Positions 51,471 through 64,000 of a stretch of 64,000 bases of DNA are shown here, in pieces. The stretch spans positions 1 to 64,000 of the forward strand of contig JAUCBJ010003201.1 of NCBI GenBank assembly GCA_032718475.1, read 5' to 3'. Under the pieces are notes generated by a model, which was not told the origin of the DNA, did no database searches, and saw only the letters and a list, made by a program, of their open reading frames with translations. Every line of letters starts with the position of its first letter. The stretch's first letter is position 1. Position numbers and translations under genes: made by a program. This DNA comes from Nemertoderma westbladi. Lineage: Eukaryota; Animalia; Xenacoelomorpha.

Positions 51471-52640
51471 TGTAAAAGCTTTTGTGGGATAACTGATTCG
51501 TTTGCCTTGTTAACCAGTTCCCCCCCAGGCGCTGAATACTCTAAAAAGGGATCTATAACTCGAATAGCGCAAGCTACCGGCTGATTGGCTGATTCGCTGT
51601 GCGAAGGGATCTGGGCTACGTTTGATTGTCCAACCAGCTTGGGAAAGTATCTGCCAATAGGATTTGAGTTGATTTTGATTTCGACCTATCACAGATCTAC
51701 TGAACTGAATTTTCCTATCTGTATGCTCTTTCTCTGTGTTGGGTGGAAGCCTTTGTAAATAAGGTTATTCTTATCAGTTTTCAGTGTTGTTGGTCTTTCT
51801 TTCCTAAGCCAGGAGAGAACGGCTTGGAAATATTTTGTGCCTTTCTGTTTTTAGTCGAACACTAGTAGGCTTAATTATAAGGACATATATCCGTTATCAA
51901 ACCAAACTGGCAATCCAAACGAACAATCCAAAACTTAACACACACTGAATCACTGTGCATACTTTTATATTGTTATACTGCTATTTACTGTCAGTTCTTC
52001 ATAATATGGTTGATGAATTATTATATTTGGAATAACGATAAATAACCCCGAAACCCAATATTCTTGATATACCGAAGGTAAGAGAGAAAGGTTACATATA
52101 ACGATTGTGACTTATGTTAAAGTGGTTTGAAGTGAATCTAATGTTATTTGATAGACCCTACATGAGTCAGTCCGTGTTCCTTTTATATATAACTAAAATC
52201 AGTGAAGATCGGCAGATCAGTGTGCAGTATTGTGCAGCATTGTGTGTGAGTGAGCCTGATAACGAAGCATTTCCTAAAGAATGCGCCATATATGTGAATT
52301 ATAACTAAGCCATATCGTTGTGAGTAGTTTAAGTCATAACTCTGTTTATATAGATAGAGCGCCACGTCCTAAAGGAACTGTTAATATTTCCCGAAGGTGA
52401 ATAATATTGTCAGAGATTATATAATACTGTCAGTCGAATAATACATTAGGCTTACATAGCAATAAAATTAAGCCGTCGAACCCAATCTCCCGGGTATATC
52501 CAGCGGGTGAATGATCGCGCACAGATTGGTTTCGACTAGTGTAGTGAATTAAATACTTGTCATAGACTAAAATTGATTTATTATCTAGAAGACATCCTAA
52601 TTTGGCGGGTTAAACTGCCAAAGGTCTAAAAGCGCGAACA
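51471..52640. mobile_element. Solo LTR (1170 bp) with a 5-bp TSD
   Basis: TGT...ACA ends, TSD TACCA at 51466-51470 and 52641-52645, no coding capacity. TATA-like sequence at ~52347 and AATAAA at 52461 on +. An uninterrupted paralogous site exists at ~57480-57720. Confidence 0.85.
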
Positions 52641-55600
52641 TACCATCATCCCTTTACTATTTGCCATCCTCGATGTATTATTCACCATCCTCCCTTTATT
52701 ATTAACCATCATTCCTTCATTATTTACCATATCATCCATTTAGTATTTACCCCCCATTTATTATTTACCATCCTTCCTTTATTATTAACCATCATCCCTT
52801 TATTATTTACCATCATCCCTTTATTATTTACCATCCTTCCTTTATTATTTACCATCCTTCCTTTATTATTTACCATCATCCCTTTATTATTTACCATCAT
52901 CCCTTTATTATTTACCATCCTTCCTTTATTATTTACCATCATCCATTATTATGAACCATCCTTCCTTTATTATTTACCATCATCCCTTTATTATTTACCA
53001 CCATCCCTTTATTATTTACCATCCTTCCTTTATTATTTCCCATCCTTCCTTTATTATTTACCACCATCCATTTATTATTTACCATCATCCCTTTATTATT
53101 AACCATCCTTCCTTTATATTAACCATCCTTCCTTTATTATTTACCAACATCCCTTTATTATTTACCATCCTTCCTTTATTATTTCCCATACTTCCTTTAT
53201 TATTAACCATCCTTCCTTTATTATTAACCATCCTCCCTTTATTATTTACCATCCTTCCTTTATTATTTACCATCTTTCCTTTATTATTTACTTACCAGCA
53301 TCCCTTTATTATTTACCATCATCCCTTTATTATTTACCATCCTTCCTTTATTATTTACCATCCTTCCTTTATTATTTACCATCCTTCCTTTATTATTTAC
53401 CATCATCCCTTTACTATTTGCCATCCTCGATGTATTATTCACCATCCTCCCTTTATTATTAACCATCATCCCTTTATTATTTACCATCATCCCTTTATTA
53501 TTTACCATCCTTCCTTTATTATTTCCCATCCTTCCTTTATTATTTACCATCCTTCCTTTATTATTTAACATCATCCATTATTATGAACCATCCTTCCTTT
53601 ATTATTTCCCATCCTTCCTTTATTATTTACCATCCTTCCTTTATTATTTCCCATCCTTCCTTTATTATTTACCATCCTTCCTTTATTATTTACCATCCTT
53701 CCTTTATTATTTAACATCATCCATTATTATGAACCATCCTTCCTTTATTATTTCCCATCCTTCCTTTATTATTTACCATCCTTCCTTTATTATTTACCAT
53801 CCTTCCTTTATTATTTACCATCATCCCTTTACTATTTGCCATCCTCGATGTATTATTCACCATCCTCCCTTTATTATTAACCATCATCCCTTTATTATTT
53901 ACCATCCTTCCTTTATTATTTAACATCATCCATTATTATGAACCATCCTTCCTTTATTATTTACCATCATCCCTTTACTATTTGCCATCCTCGATGTATT
54001 ATTCACCATCCTCCCTTTATTATTAACCATCATCCCTTTATTATTTACCATCCTTCCTTTATTATTTAACATCATCCATTATTATGAACCATCCGTCCTT
54101 TATTATTTACCATCCTTCCTTTATTATTTACCATCATCCCTTTACTATTTGCCATCCTCGATGTATTATTCACCATCCTCCCTTTATTATTAACCATCAT
54201 TCCTTCATTATTTACCATATCATCCATTTAGTATTTACCCCCCATTTATTATTTACCATCCTTCCTTTATTATTTACCATCATCCCTTTATTATTTACCA
54301 TCATCCATTTATTATTTACCATCATTCCTTTATTATTTACCATCCTTCCTTTATTATTTACCATCATCCCTTTATTATTTACCATCCTTCCTTTATTATT
54401 TACTTACCAGCATCCCTTTATTATTTACCATCATCCCTTTATTATTTACCATCCTTCCTTTATTATTTACCACCTTCCATTTATTATTTACCATCATCCC
54501 TTTATTATTTACCATCCTTCCTTTATTATTAACCATCCTTCCTTTATTATTTACCATCATCCCTTTATTATTTACCATCATCCATTTATTATTTACCATC
54601 CTTCCTTTATTATTTACCATCCTTCCTTTATTATTAACCATCCTTTCTTTATAATTACCATCATCCCTTTATTATTTGCCATCATCCCTTTATTATTCAC
54701 TATCATCCATTTATTATTTACCATCCTTCCTTTATTATTTCCCATCCTTCCTTTATTATTTCCCATCCTTCCTTTATTATTTACCATCATTCCTTTATTA
54801 TTTACTTACCAGCATCCCTTTATTATTTACCATCATCCCTTTATTATTTACCATCCTTCCTTTATTATTTACCACCATCCATTTATTATTTACCATCATC
54901 CCTTTATTATTTACCATCCTTCCTTTATTATTAACCATCCTTCCTTTATTATTTACCATCATCCCTTTATTATTTACCATCATCCATTTATTATTTACCA
55001 TCATTCCTTTATTATTTACCATCCTTCCTTTATTATTTACCACCATCCATTTATTATTTACCATCATCCCTTTATTATTTACCATCCTTCCTTTATTATT
55101 AACCATCCTTTCTTTATAATTACCATCATCCCTTTATTATTTACCATCATCCATTTATTATTTACCATCATTCCTTTATTATTTACCATCCTTCCTTTAT
55201 TATTTACCATCATCCCTTTATTATTTACCATCCTTCCTTTATTATTTACCATCATTCCTTTATTATTTACTTACCAGCATCCCTTTATTATTTACCATCA
55301 TCCCTTTATTATTTACCATCCTTCCTTTATTATTTACCACCATCCATTTATTATTTACCATCATCCCTTTATTATTTACCATCCTTCCTTTATTATTAAC
55401 CATCCTTCCTTTATTATTTACCATCATCCCTTTATTATTTACCATCATCCATTTATTATTTACCATCATTCCTTTATTATTTACCATCCTTCCTTTATTA
55501 TTTACCATCATCCCTTTATTATTTACCATCCTTCCTTTATTATTTACCATCCTTCCTTTATTATTAACCATCCTTTCTTTATAATTACCATCATCCCTTT

Positions 55601-58600
55601 ATTATTTGCCATCATCCCTTTATTATTCACTATCATCCATTTATTATTTACCATCCTTCCTTTATTATTTCCCATCCTTCCTTTATTATTTCCCATCCTT
55701 CCTTTATTATTTACCACCATCCCTTTATTATTCATATTCACCATCATCCCTTTATTATTTACCATCCGTCCTTTATTATTTACCATCATCCCTTTAATAT
55801 TTACCATCATCCGTTTATTATTTACCACCCTTCCTTTATTATTTACCATCATCCCTTTATTATTTACCATCATCTCTTTATTATTTACCATCATCCATTA
55901 TTATGAACCATCCTTCCTTTATTATTTACCAACATCCCTTTATTATTTACCATCATCCCTTTATTATTTACCATCATCCATTATTATGAACCATCCTTCC
56001 TTTATTATTTACCAACATCCCTTTATTATTTACCATCATCCCTTTATTATTTACCATCCTTCCTTTATTATTAACCATCATCCCTTTATTATTTACCATC
56101 ATCCCTTTATTATTTACCATCATCCCTTTATTATTTACCATCCTTCCTTTATTATTTACCATCATCCCTTTATTATTTACCATCATCCCTTTATTATTTA
56201 CCATCATCCCTTTATTATTTACCATCATCCATTATTATGAACCATCCTTCCTTTATTATTTACCAACATCCCTTTATTATTTACCATCATCCCTTTATTA
56301 TTTACCATCATCCATTATTATTAACCATCCTTCCTTTATTATTTACCAACATCCCTTTATTATTTACCATCATCCCTTTATTATTTACCATCCTTCCTTT
56401 ATTATTAACCATCATCCCTTTATTATTTACCATCATCCCTTTATTATTTACCATCATCCCTTTATTATTTACCATCCTTCCTTTATTATTTACCATCATC
56501 CCTTTATTATTTACCATCCTTCCTTTATTATTTACCATCATCCCTTTATTATTTACCATCATCCCTTTATTATTTACCATCCTTCCTTTATTATTAACCA
56601 TCCTTCCTTTATTATTTACCAACATCCCTTTATTATTTACCATCATCCCTTTATTATTTACCATCATCCATTATTATGAACCATCCTTCCTTTATTATTT
56701 ACCAACATCCCTTTATTATTTACCATCATCCCTTTATTATTTACCATCATCCATTATTATTAACCATCCTTCCTTTATTATTTACCAACATCCCTTTATT
56801 ATTTACCATCATCCCTTTATTATTTACCATCCTTCCTTTATTATTAACCATCATCCCTTTATTATTTACCATCCTTCCTTTATTATTAACCATCATCCCT
56901 TTATTATTTACCATCATCCCTTTATTATTTACCATCATCCCTTTATTATTTACCATCCTTCCTTTATTATTTACCAACATCCCTTTATTATTTACCATCC
57001 TTCCTTTATTATTTACCATCCTTCCTTTATTATTTACCATCCTTCCTTTATTATTTACCATCCTTCCTTTATTATTTAACATCATCCATTATTATGAACC
57101 ATCCTTCCTTTATTATTTCCCATCCTCCCTTTATTATTAACCATCATCCCTTTATTATTTACCATCCTTCCTTTATTATTAACCATCATCCCTTTATTAT
57201 TTACCATCCTTCCTTTATTATTAACCATCATCCCTTTATTATTTACCATCCTTCCTTTATTATTAACCATCATCCCTTTATTATTTACCATCATCCCTTT
57301 ATTATTTACCATCATCCCTTTATTATTTACCATCCTTCCTTTATTATTTACCAACATCCCTTTATTATTTACCATCCTTCCTTTATTATTTACCATCATT
57401 CCTTTATTATTTACCATCCTTCCTTTATTATTTACCATCATCCATTTATTATTTACCATCCTTCCTTTATTATTTACCATCTTTCCTTTATTATTTACTT
57501 ACCAGCATCCAGTTATTATTTACCATCATCCCTTTATTATTTACCATCCTTCCTTTATTATTTACCATCCTTCCTTTATTATTTACCATCCTTCCTTTAT
57601 TATTTACCATCATCCCTTTACTATTTGCCATCCTCGATGTATTATTCACCATCCTCCCTTTATTATTAACCATCATTCCTTCATTATTTACCATATCATC
57701 CATTTAGTATTTACCCCCCATTTATTATTTACCATCCTTCCTTTATTATTAACCATCATCCCTTTATTATTTACCATCATCCCTTTATTATTTACCATCC
57801 TTCCTTTATTATTTACCATCCTTCCTTTATTATTTACCATCATCCCTTTATTATTTACCATCATCCCTTTATTATTTACCATCATCCATTTATTATTTAC
57901 CATCCTTCCTTTATTATTTACCATCATCCCTTTATTATTTACCATCCTTCCTTTATTATTTACCATCATCCCTTTATTATTTACCATCATCCCTTTATTA
58001 TTTACCATCCTTCCTTTATTATTTAACATCATCCATTATTATGAACCATCCTTCCTTTATTATTTCCCATCCTTCCTTTATTATTAACCACCATCCCTTT
58101 ATTATTTACCATCATCCCTTTATTATTTACCATCCTTCCTTTATTATTTAACATCATCCATTATTATGAACCATCCTTCCTTTATTATTTCCCATCCTTC
58201 CTTTATTATTAACCATCCTTCCTTTATTATTTACCATCATCCCTTTATTATTTACCATCATCCCTTTATTATTAACCATCCTTCCTTTATTATTAACCAT
58301 CCTTCCTTTATTATTTACCAACATCCCTTTATTATTTACCATCCTTCCTTTATTATTTCCCATCCTTCCTTTATTATTAACCATCCTTCCTTTATTATTA
58401 ACCATCCTCCCTTTATTATTTACCATCCTTCCTTTATTATTTACCATCTTTCCTTTATTATTTACCATCCTCCCTTTATTATTTACCACCATCCATTTAT
58501 TATTTACCATCATCCCTTTATTATTAACCATCCTTCCTTTATTATTAACCATCCTTCCTTTATTATTTACCAACATCCCTTTATTATTTACCATCCTTCC

Positions 58601-61600
58601 TTTATTATTTCCCATCCTTCCTTTATTATTAACCATCCTTCCTTTATTATTAACCATCCTCCCTTTATTATTTACCATCCTTCCTTTATTATTTACCATC
58701 TTTCCTTTATTATTTACTTACCAGCATCCCTTTATTATTTACCATCATCCCTTTATTATTTACCATCCTTCCTTTATTATTTACCATCCTTCCTTTATTA
58801 TTTACCATCCTTCCTTTATTATTTACCATCCTTCCTTTATTATTTACCATCCTTCCTTTATTATTTACCATCATCCCTTTATTATTTACCATCATCCCTT
58901 TATTATTTACCATCCTTCCTTTATTATTTAACATCATCCATTATTATGAACCATCCTTCCTTTATTATTTCCCATCCTTCCTTTATTATTAACCACCATC
59001 CCTTTATTATTTACCATCATCCCTTTATTATTTACCATCCTTCCTTTATTATTTAACATCATCCATTATTATGAACCATCCTTCCTTTATTATTTCCCAT
59101 CCTTCCTTTATTATTAACCATCCTTCCTTTATTATTTACCATCATCCCTTTATGATTAACCATCCTCCCTTTATTATTAACCACCATCCCTTTATTATTT
59201 ACCATCATCCCTTTATTATTTACCATCCTTCCTTTATTATTTAACATCATCCATTATTATGAACCATCCTTCCTTTATTATTTCCCATCCTTCCTTTATT
59301 ATTAACCACCATCCCTTTATTATTTACCATCATCCCTTTATGATTAACCATCCTCCCTTTATTATTAACCACCATCCCTTTATTATTTACCATCATCCCT
59401 TTATTATTTACCATCCTTCCTTTATTATTTAACATCATCCATTATTATGAACCATCCTTCCTTTATTATTTCCCATCCTTCCTTTATTATTTCCCATCCT
59501 TCCTTTATTATTAACCATCCTTCCTTTATTATTTACCATCATCCCTTTATGATTAACCATCCTCCCTTTATTATTAACCACCATCCCTTTATTATTTACC
59601 ATCATCCCTTTATTATTTACCATCCTTCCTTTATTATTTAACATCATCCATTATTATGAACCATCCTTCCTTTATTATTTCCCATCCTTCCTTTATTATT
59701 TAACATCATCCCTTTATTATTTACCATCCTTCCTTTATTATTAACCACCATCCCTTTATTATTTACCATCATCCCTTTATTATTTACCATCCTCCCTTTA
59801 TTATTAACCACCATCCCTTTATTATTTACCATCATCCCTTTATTATTTACCATCCTTCCTTTATTATTTAACATCATCCATTATTATGAACCATCCTTCC
59901 TTTATTATTTCCCATCCTTCCTTTATTATTTCCCATCCTTCCTTTATTATTAACCATCCTTCCTTTATTATTTACCATCATCCCTTTATGATTAACCATC
60001 CTCCCTTTATTATTAACCACCATCCCTTTATTATTTACCATCATCCCTTTATTATTTACCATCCTTCCTTTATTATTTAACATCATCCATTATTATGAAC
60101 CATCCTTCCTTTATTATTTCCCATCCTTCCTTTATTATTTACCATCATCCCTTTATTATTTACCATCCTTCCTTTATTATTTCCCATCCTTCCTTTATTA
60201 TGAACCATCCTTCCTTTATTATTTCCCATCCTTCCTTTATTATTAACCATCCTTCCTTTATTATTTACCATCATCCCTTTATGATTAACCATCCTCCCTT
60301 TATTATTAACCACCATCCCTTTATTATTTACCATCATCCCTTTATTATTTACCATCCTTCCTTTATTATTTAACATCATCCATTATTATGAACCATCCTT
60401 CCTTTATTATTTCCCATCCTTCCTTTATTATTAACCATCCTTCCTTTATTATTTACCATCATCCCTTTATGATTAACCATCCTCCCTTTATTATTAACCA
60501 CCATCCCTTTATTATTTACCATCATCCCTTTATTATTTACCATCCTTCCTTTATTATTTAACATCATCCATTATTATGAACCATCCTTCCTTTATTATTT
60601 CCCATCCTTCCTTTATTATTAACCATCCTTCCTTTATTATTTACCATCATCCCTTTATGATTAACCATCCTCCCTTTATTATTAACCACCATCCCTTTAT
60701 TATTTACCATCCTTCCTTTATTATTTCCCATCCTTCCTTTATTATTTAACATCATCCATTATTATGAACCATCCTTCCTTTATTATTTCCCATCCTTCCT
60801 TTATTATTTACCATCATCCCTTTATGATTAACCATCCTCCCTTTATTATTCACTATCATCCCTTTATTATTTACCATCATCCCTTTATTATTTACCATCC
60901 TTCCTTTATTATTTACCATCATCCCTTTATGATTAACCATCCTCCCTTTATTATTTACCACCATCCATTTATTATTTACCATCATCCCTTTATTATTAAC
61001 CATCCTTCCTTTATTATTAACCATCCTTCCTTTATTATTTACCAACATCCCTTTATTATTTACCATCCTTCCTTTATTATTTCCCATCCTTCCTTTATTA
61101 TTAACCATCCTTCCTTTATTATTAACCATCCTCCCTTTATTATTTACCATCCTTCCTTTATTATTTACCATCTTTCCTTTATTATTTACTTACCAGCATC
61201 CCTTTATTATTTACCATCATCCCTTTATTATTTACCATCCTTCCTTTATTATTTACCATCCTTCCTTTATTATTTACCATCCTTCCTTTATTATTTACCA
61301 TCATCCCTTTACTATTTGCCATCCTCGATGTATTATTCACCATCCTCCCTTTATTATTAACCATCATCCCTTTATTATTTACCATCCTTCCTTTATTATT
61401 TAACATCATCCATTATTATGAACCATCCTTCCTTTATTATTTCCCATCCTTCCTTTATTATTAACCATCCTTCCTTTATTATTTACCACCATCCATTTAT
61501 TATTTACCATCATCCCTTTATTATTAACCATCCTTCCTTTATTATTTACCAACATCCCTTTATTATTTACCATCCTTCCTTTATTATTTCCCATCCTTCC

Positions 61601-63823
61601 TTTATTATTAACCATCCTTCCTTTATTATTAACCATCCTCCCTTTATTATTTACCATCCTTCCTTTATTATTTACCATCTTTCCTTTATTATTTACTTAC
61701 CAGCATCCCTTTATTATTTACCATCATCCCTTTATTATTTACCATCCTTCCTTTATTATTTACCATCCTTCCTTTATTATTTACCATCCTTCCTTTATTA
61801 TTTACCATCATCCCTTTACTATTTGCCATCCTCGATGTATTATTCACCATCCTCCCTTTATTATTAACCATCATCCCTTTATTATTTACCATCCTTCCTT
61901 TATTATTTAACATCATCCATTATTATGAACCATCCTTCCTTTATTATTTCCCATCCTTCCTTTATTATTAACCATCCTTCCTTTATTATTTACCACCATC
62001 CATTTATTATTTACCATCATCCCTTTATTATTTACCATCCTTCCTTTATTATTAACCATCCTTCCTTTATTATTTACCATCATCCCTTTATTATTTACCA
62101 TCATCCATTTATTATTTACCATCATTCCTTTATTATTTACCATCCTTCCTTTATTATTTACCATCATCCCTTTATTATTTACCATCCTTCCTTTATTATT
62201 TCCCATCCTTCCTTTATTATTAACCATCCTTTCTTTATTATTTACCATCATCCCTTTATTATTTACCATCATCCCTTTATTATTCACTATCATCCATTTA
62301 TTATTTACCATCCTTCCTTTATTATTTCCCATCCTTCCTTTATTATTTCCCATCCTTCCTTTATTATTTACCACCATCCCTTTATTATTCATATTCACCA
62401 TCATCCCTTTATTATTTACCATCCTTCCTTTATTATTTCCCATCCTTCCTTTATTATTTAGCATCATCCCTTTATTATTTACCATCCGTCCTTTATTATT
62501 TAGCATCCTTCCTTTATTATTAACCATCATCAATTTAATATTTCCCCCCCATTTATTATTTACCATCATCCATTTATAATTTACCATCGTCCATTTATTA
62601 TTTACCATCATCTCTTTATTATTTACCATGATCCCTTTATTATTTACCATCCTTCCTTTATTATTTACCATCCTTCCTTTATTATTTACCATCCTTCCTT
62701 TATTATTTACCATCCTCCATTTATAATTTACTATCCTCCATTTATTATTTACCATCATCCCTTTATTATTTACCATGATCCCTTTATTATTTACCACCCT
62801 TCCTTTATTATTTACCATCCTTCCTTTATTATTTACCATCCTTCCTTTATTATTTACCATCCTCCATTTATAATTTACTATCCTCCATTTATTATTTACC
62901 AGCATCCCTTTATTATTTACCATCATCCCTTTATTATTCACCATCCTTCCTTTATTATTTACCATCATCCATTTATTATTTAACCCCTTTTATTATTTAC
63001 CATCCTCCATTTATTATTTACCATATCATCCATTTAGTATTTACCCCCCATTTATTATTTACCATCCTCCATGTACTATTCACCATCCTCCCTTTATTAT
63101 TAACCACCCTTCCTTCATTATTTACCATCATTCCTTTATTATTTACCATCCTTCCTTTATTATTTACCATCATCCCTTTATTATTTACCATCCTTCATTT
63201 ATTATTTACCATCCTTCCTTTATTATTTATCATCATCCATTTATTATTTACCCCCCGTTTATTATTTACCATCCTCCATTTATAATTTACCATCCTCCTT
63301 TCCCATTTATTATTTACCATCCTCCATTTATTATTAACCTTCCTCCTTTTACCCTATACTTGTATAAAATTGATTTAGATATATTATACAGTTACAGTAC
63401 ATTGTAGAAAAATGTAGTGATTTAATATCATTTTGATCAGTACAAGTATGGCAGTATGCTGCTATGGTTGTAGGCTACGCCGCTACGGCTACATATTTTT
63501 TGCGACCAGATGAACACGATGAGGGCAGCGAGGGGTGTAAGTAATGGATAAGAGTAGGCCCAATAACCGACATGGTCTAGTAAGTGTCTTGGTAGATACT
63601 GAACTGACTGATAACTCTGATACTGCAGTGATGATTACAGAAATACTTGTGACTGACTTAAAAGCCTTCCATGCTGCCACGACTCTTTAATAAATAAGTA
63701 AATTAATTCCAGCATTCAGACATTGAAATATATCACTGTATCAGTACCGGTCCAGTACCTACTGACCTACTGTCAGACAGTAGGCCTACGCCTACACCTA
63801 GCCCAGTAGCCTACAGGGCAATA

Positions 63824-64000
63824 ATGGAAGTATCAACAAACAATAGCGAAGAGTTGAATGTTTCTGATAATGTGCCGGATAGGCCTAACGTATCGCAGAT
63901 CATCAAGGAGAAATCGCTGTTTAGAATTACTGATGTAGGAAGAAGCGCTTCGAAATCCATCAATTTCTTATCCACCGGCTCCGGTCGTCGGAACAAATTC
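63824..64000 (+). CDS. Possible coding exon of an unidentified gene running off the window end
   Basis: An ATG in ATAATGG context, just after a ctacag|, opens 59 stop-free codons (MEVSTNNSEELNVSDNVPDRPNVSQIIKEKSLF...). No recognised motif. Confidence 0.3.
   Translation, partial: MEVSTNNSEELNVSDNVPDRPNVSQIIKEKSLFRITDVGRSASKSINFLSTGSGRRNKF

Larger units (their letters stand above)
45420..63345. repeat. 21-bp tandem repeat interrupted by two retroelement insertions
   Basis: Unit TTTATTATTTACCATCCTTCC or TTTATTATTTACCATCATCCC; the + strand is almost G-free. Segments ~45420-46600, ~50801-51470 and 52641-~63345. Confidence 0.99.

Noticed and set aside
45351-62968. Many ORFs of the types (MVNNKGR)n, (HPSFIIY)n and (LLFTIIP)n
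   Set aside because: Artefacts of a 21-bp unit lacking stops in several frames; the array is interrupted by transposons and frameshifting variants.

Overview
Eukaryotic, probably invertebrate metazoan, DNA that is about 80% tandem repeat. It holds four unrelated arrays: 48 bp (1-6245), 47 bp (~7345-32745), 30/42 bp (~34955-38600) and 21 bp (~45420-63345). The ORF track misses a spliced, divergent eEF1B (EF-1 beta/delta GEF domain) gene on the + strand, with exons ~7120-7355, 32811-32989 and 34074-34112. Its 25.5 kb intron is almost entirely the 47-bp array. That array, and probably the 48-bp one, appears to be an amplified copy of the gene's own exon/5' splice-site junction. A complete two-exon CCDC39 gene follows (40092-43658), with an RFX X-box upstream. 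A near full-length CRE-clade non-LTR retrotransposon (46601-~50800) sits in the 21-bp satellite, and its reverse transcriptase carries an in-frame ~28 x 8-aa Pro-rich repeat between the QGDP and YADD motifs. Also present are a solo LTR with a 5-bp TSD and an empty-site paralogue, an IS3EU-like deletion derivative, a Harbinger-like MITE and a Helentron/DINE-like element. Nearly all other listed ORFs are repeat artefacts. Family assignments come from remembered motifs, not database searches.
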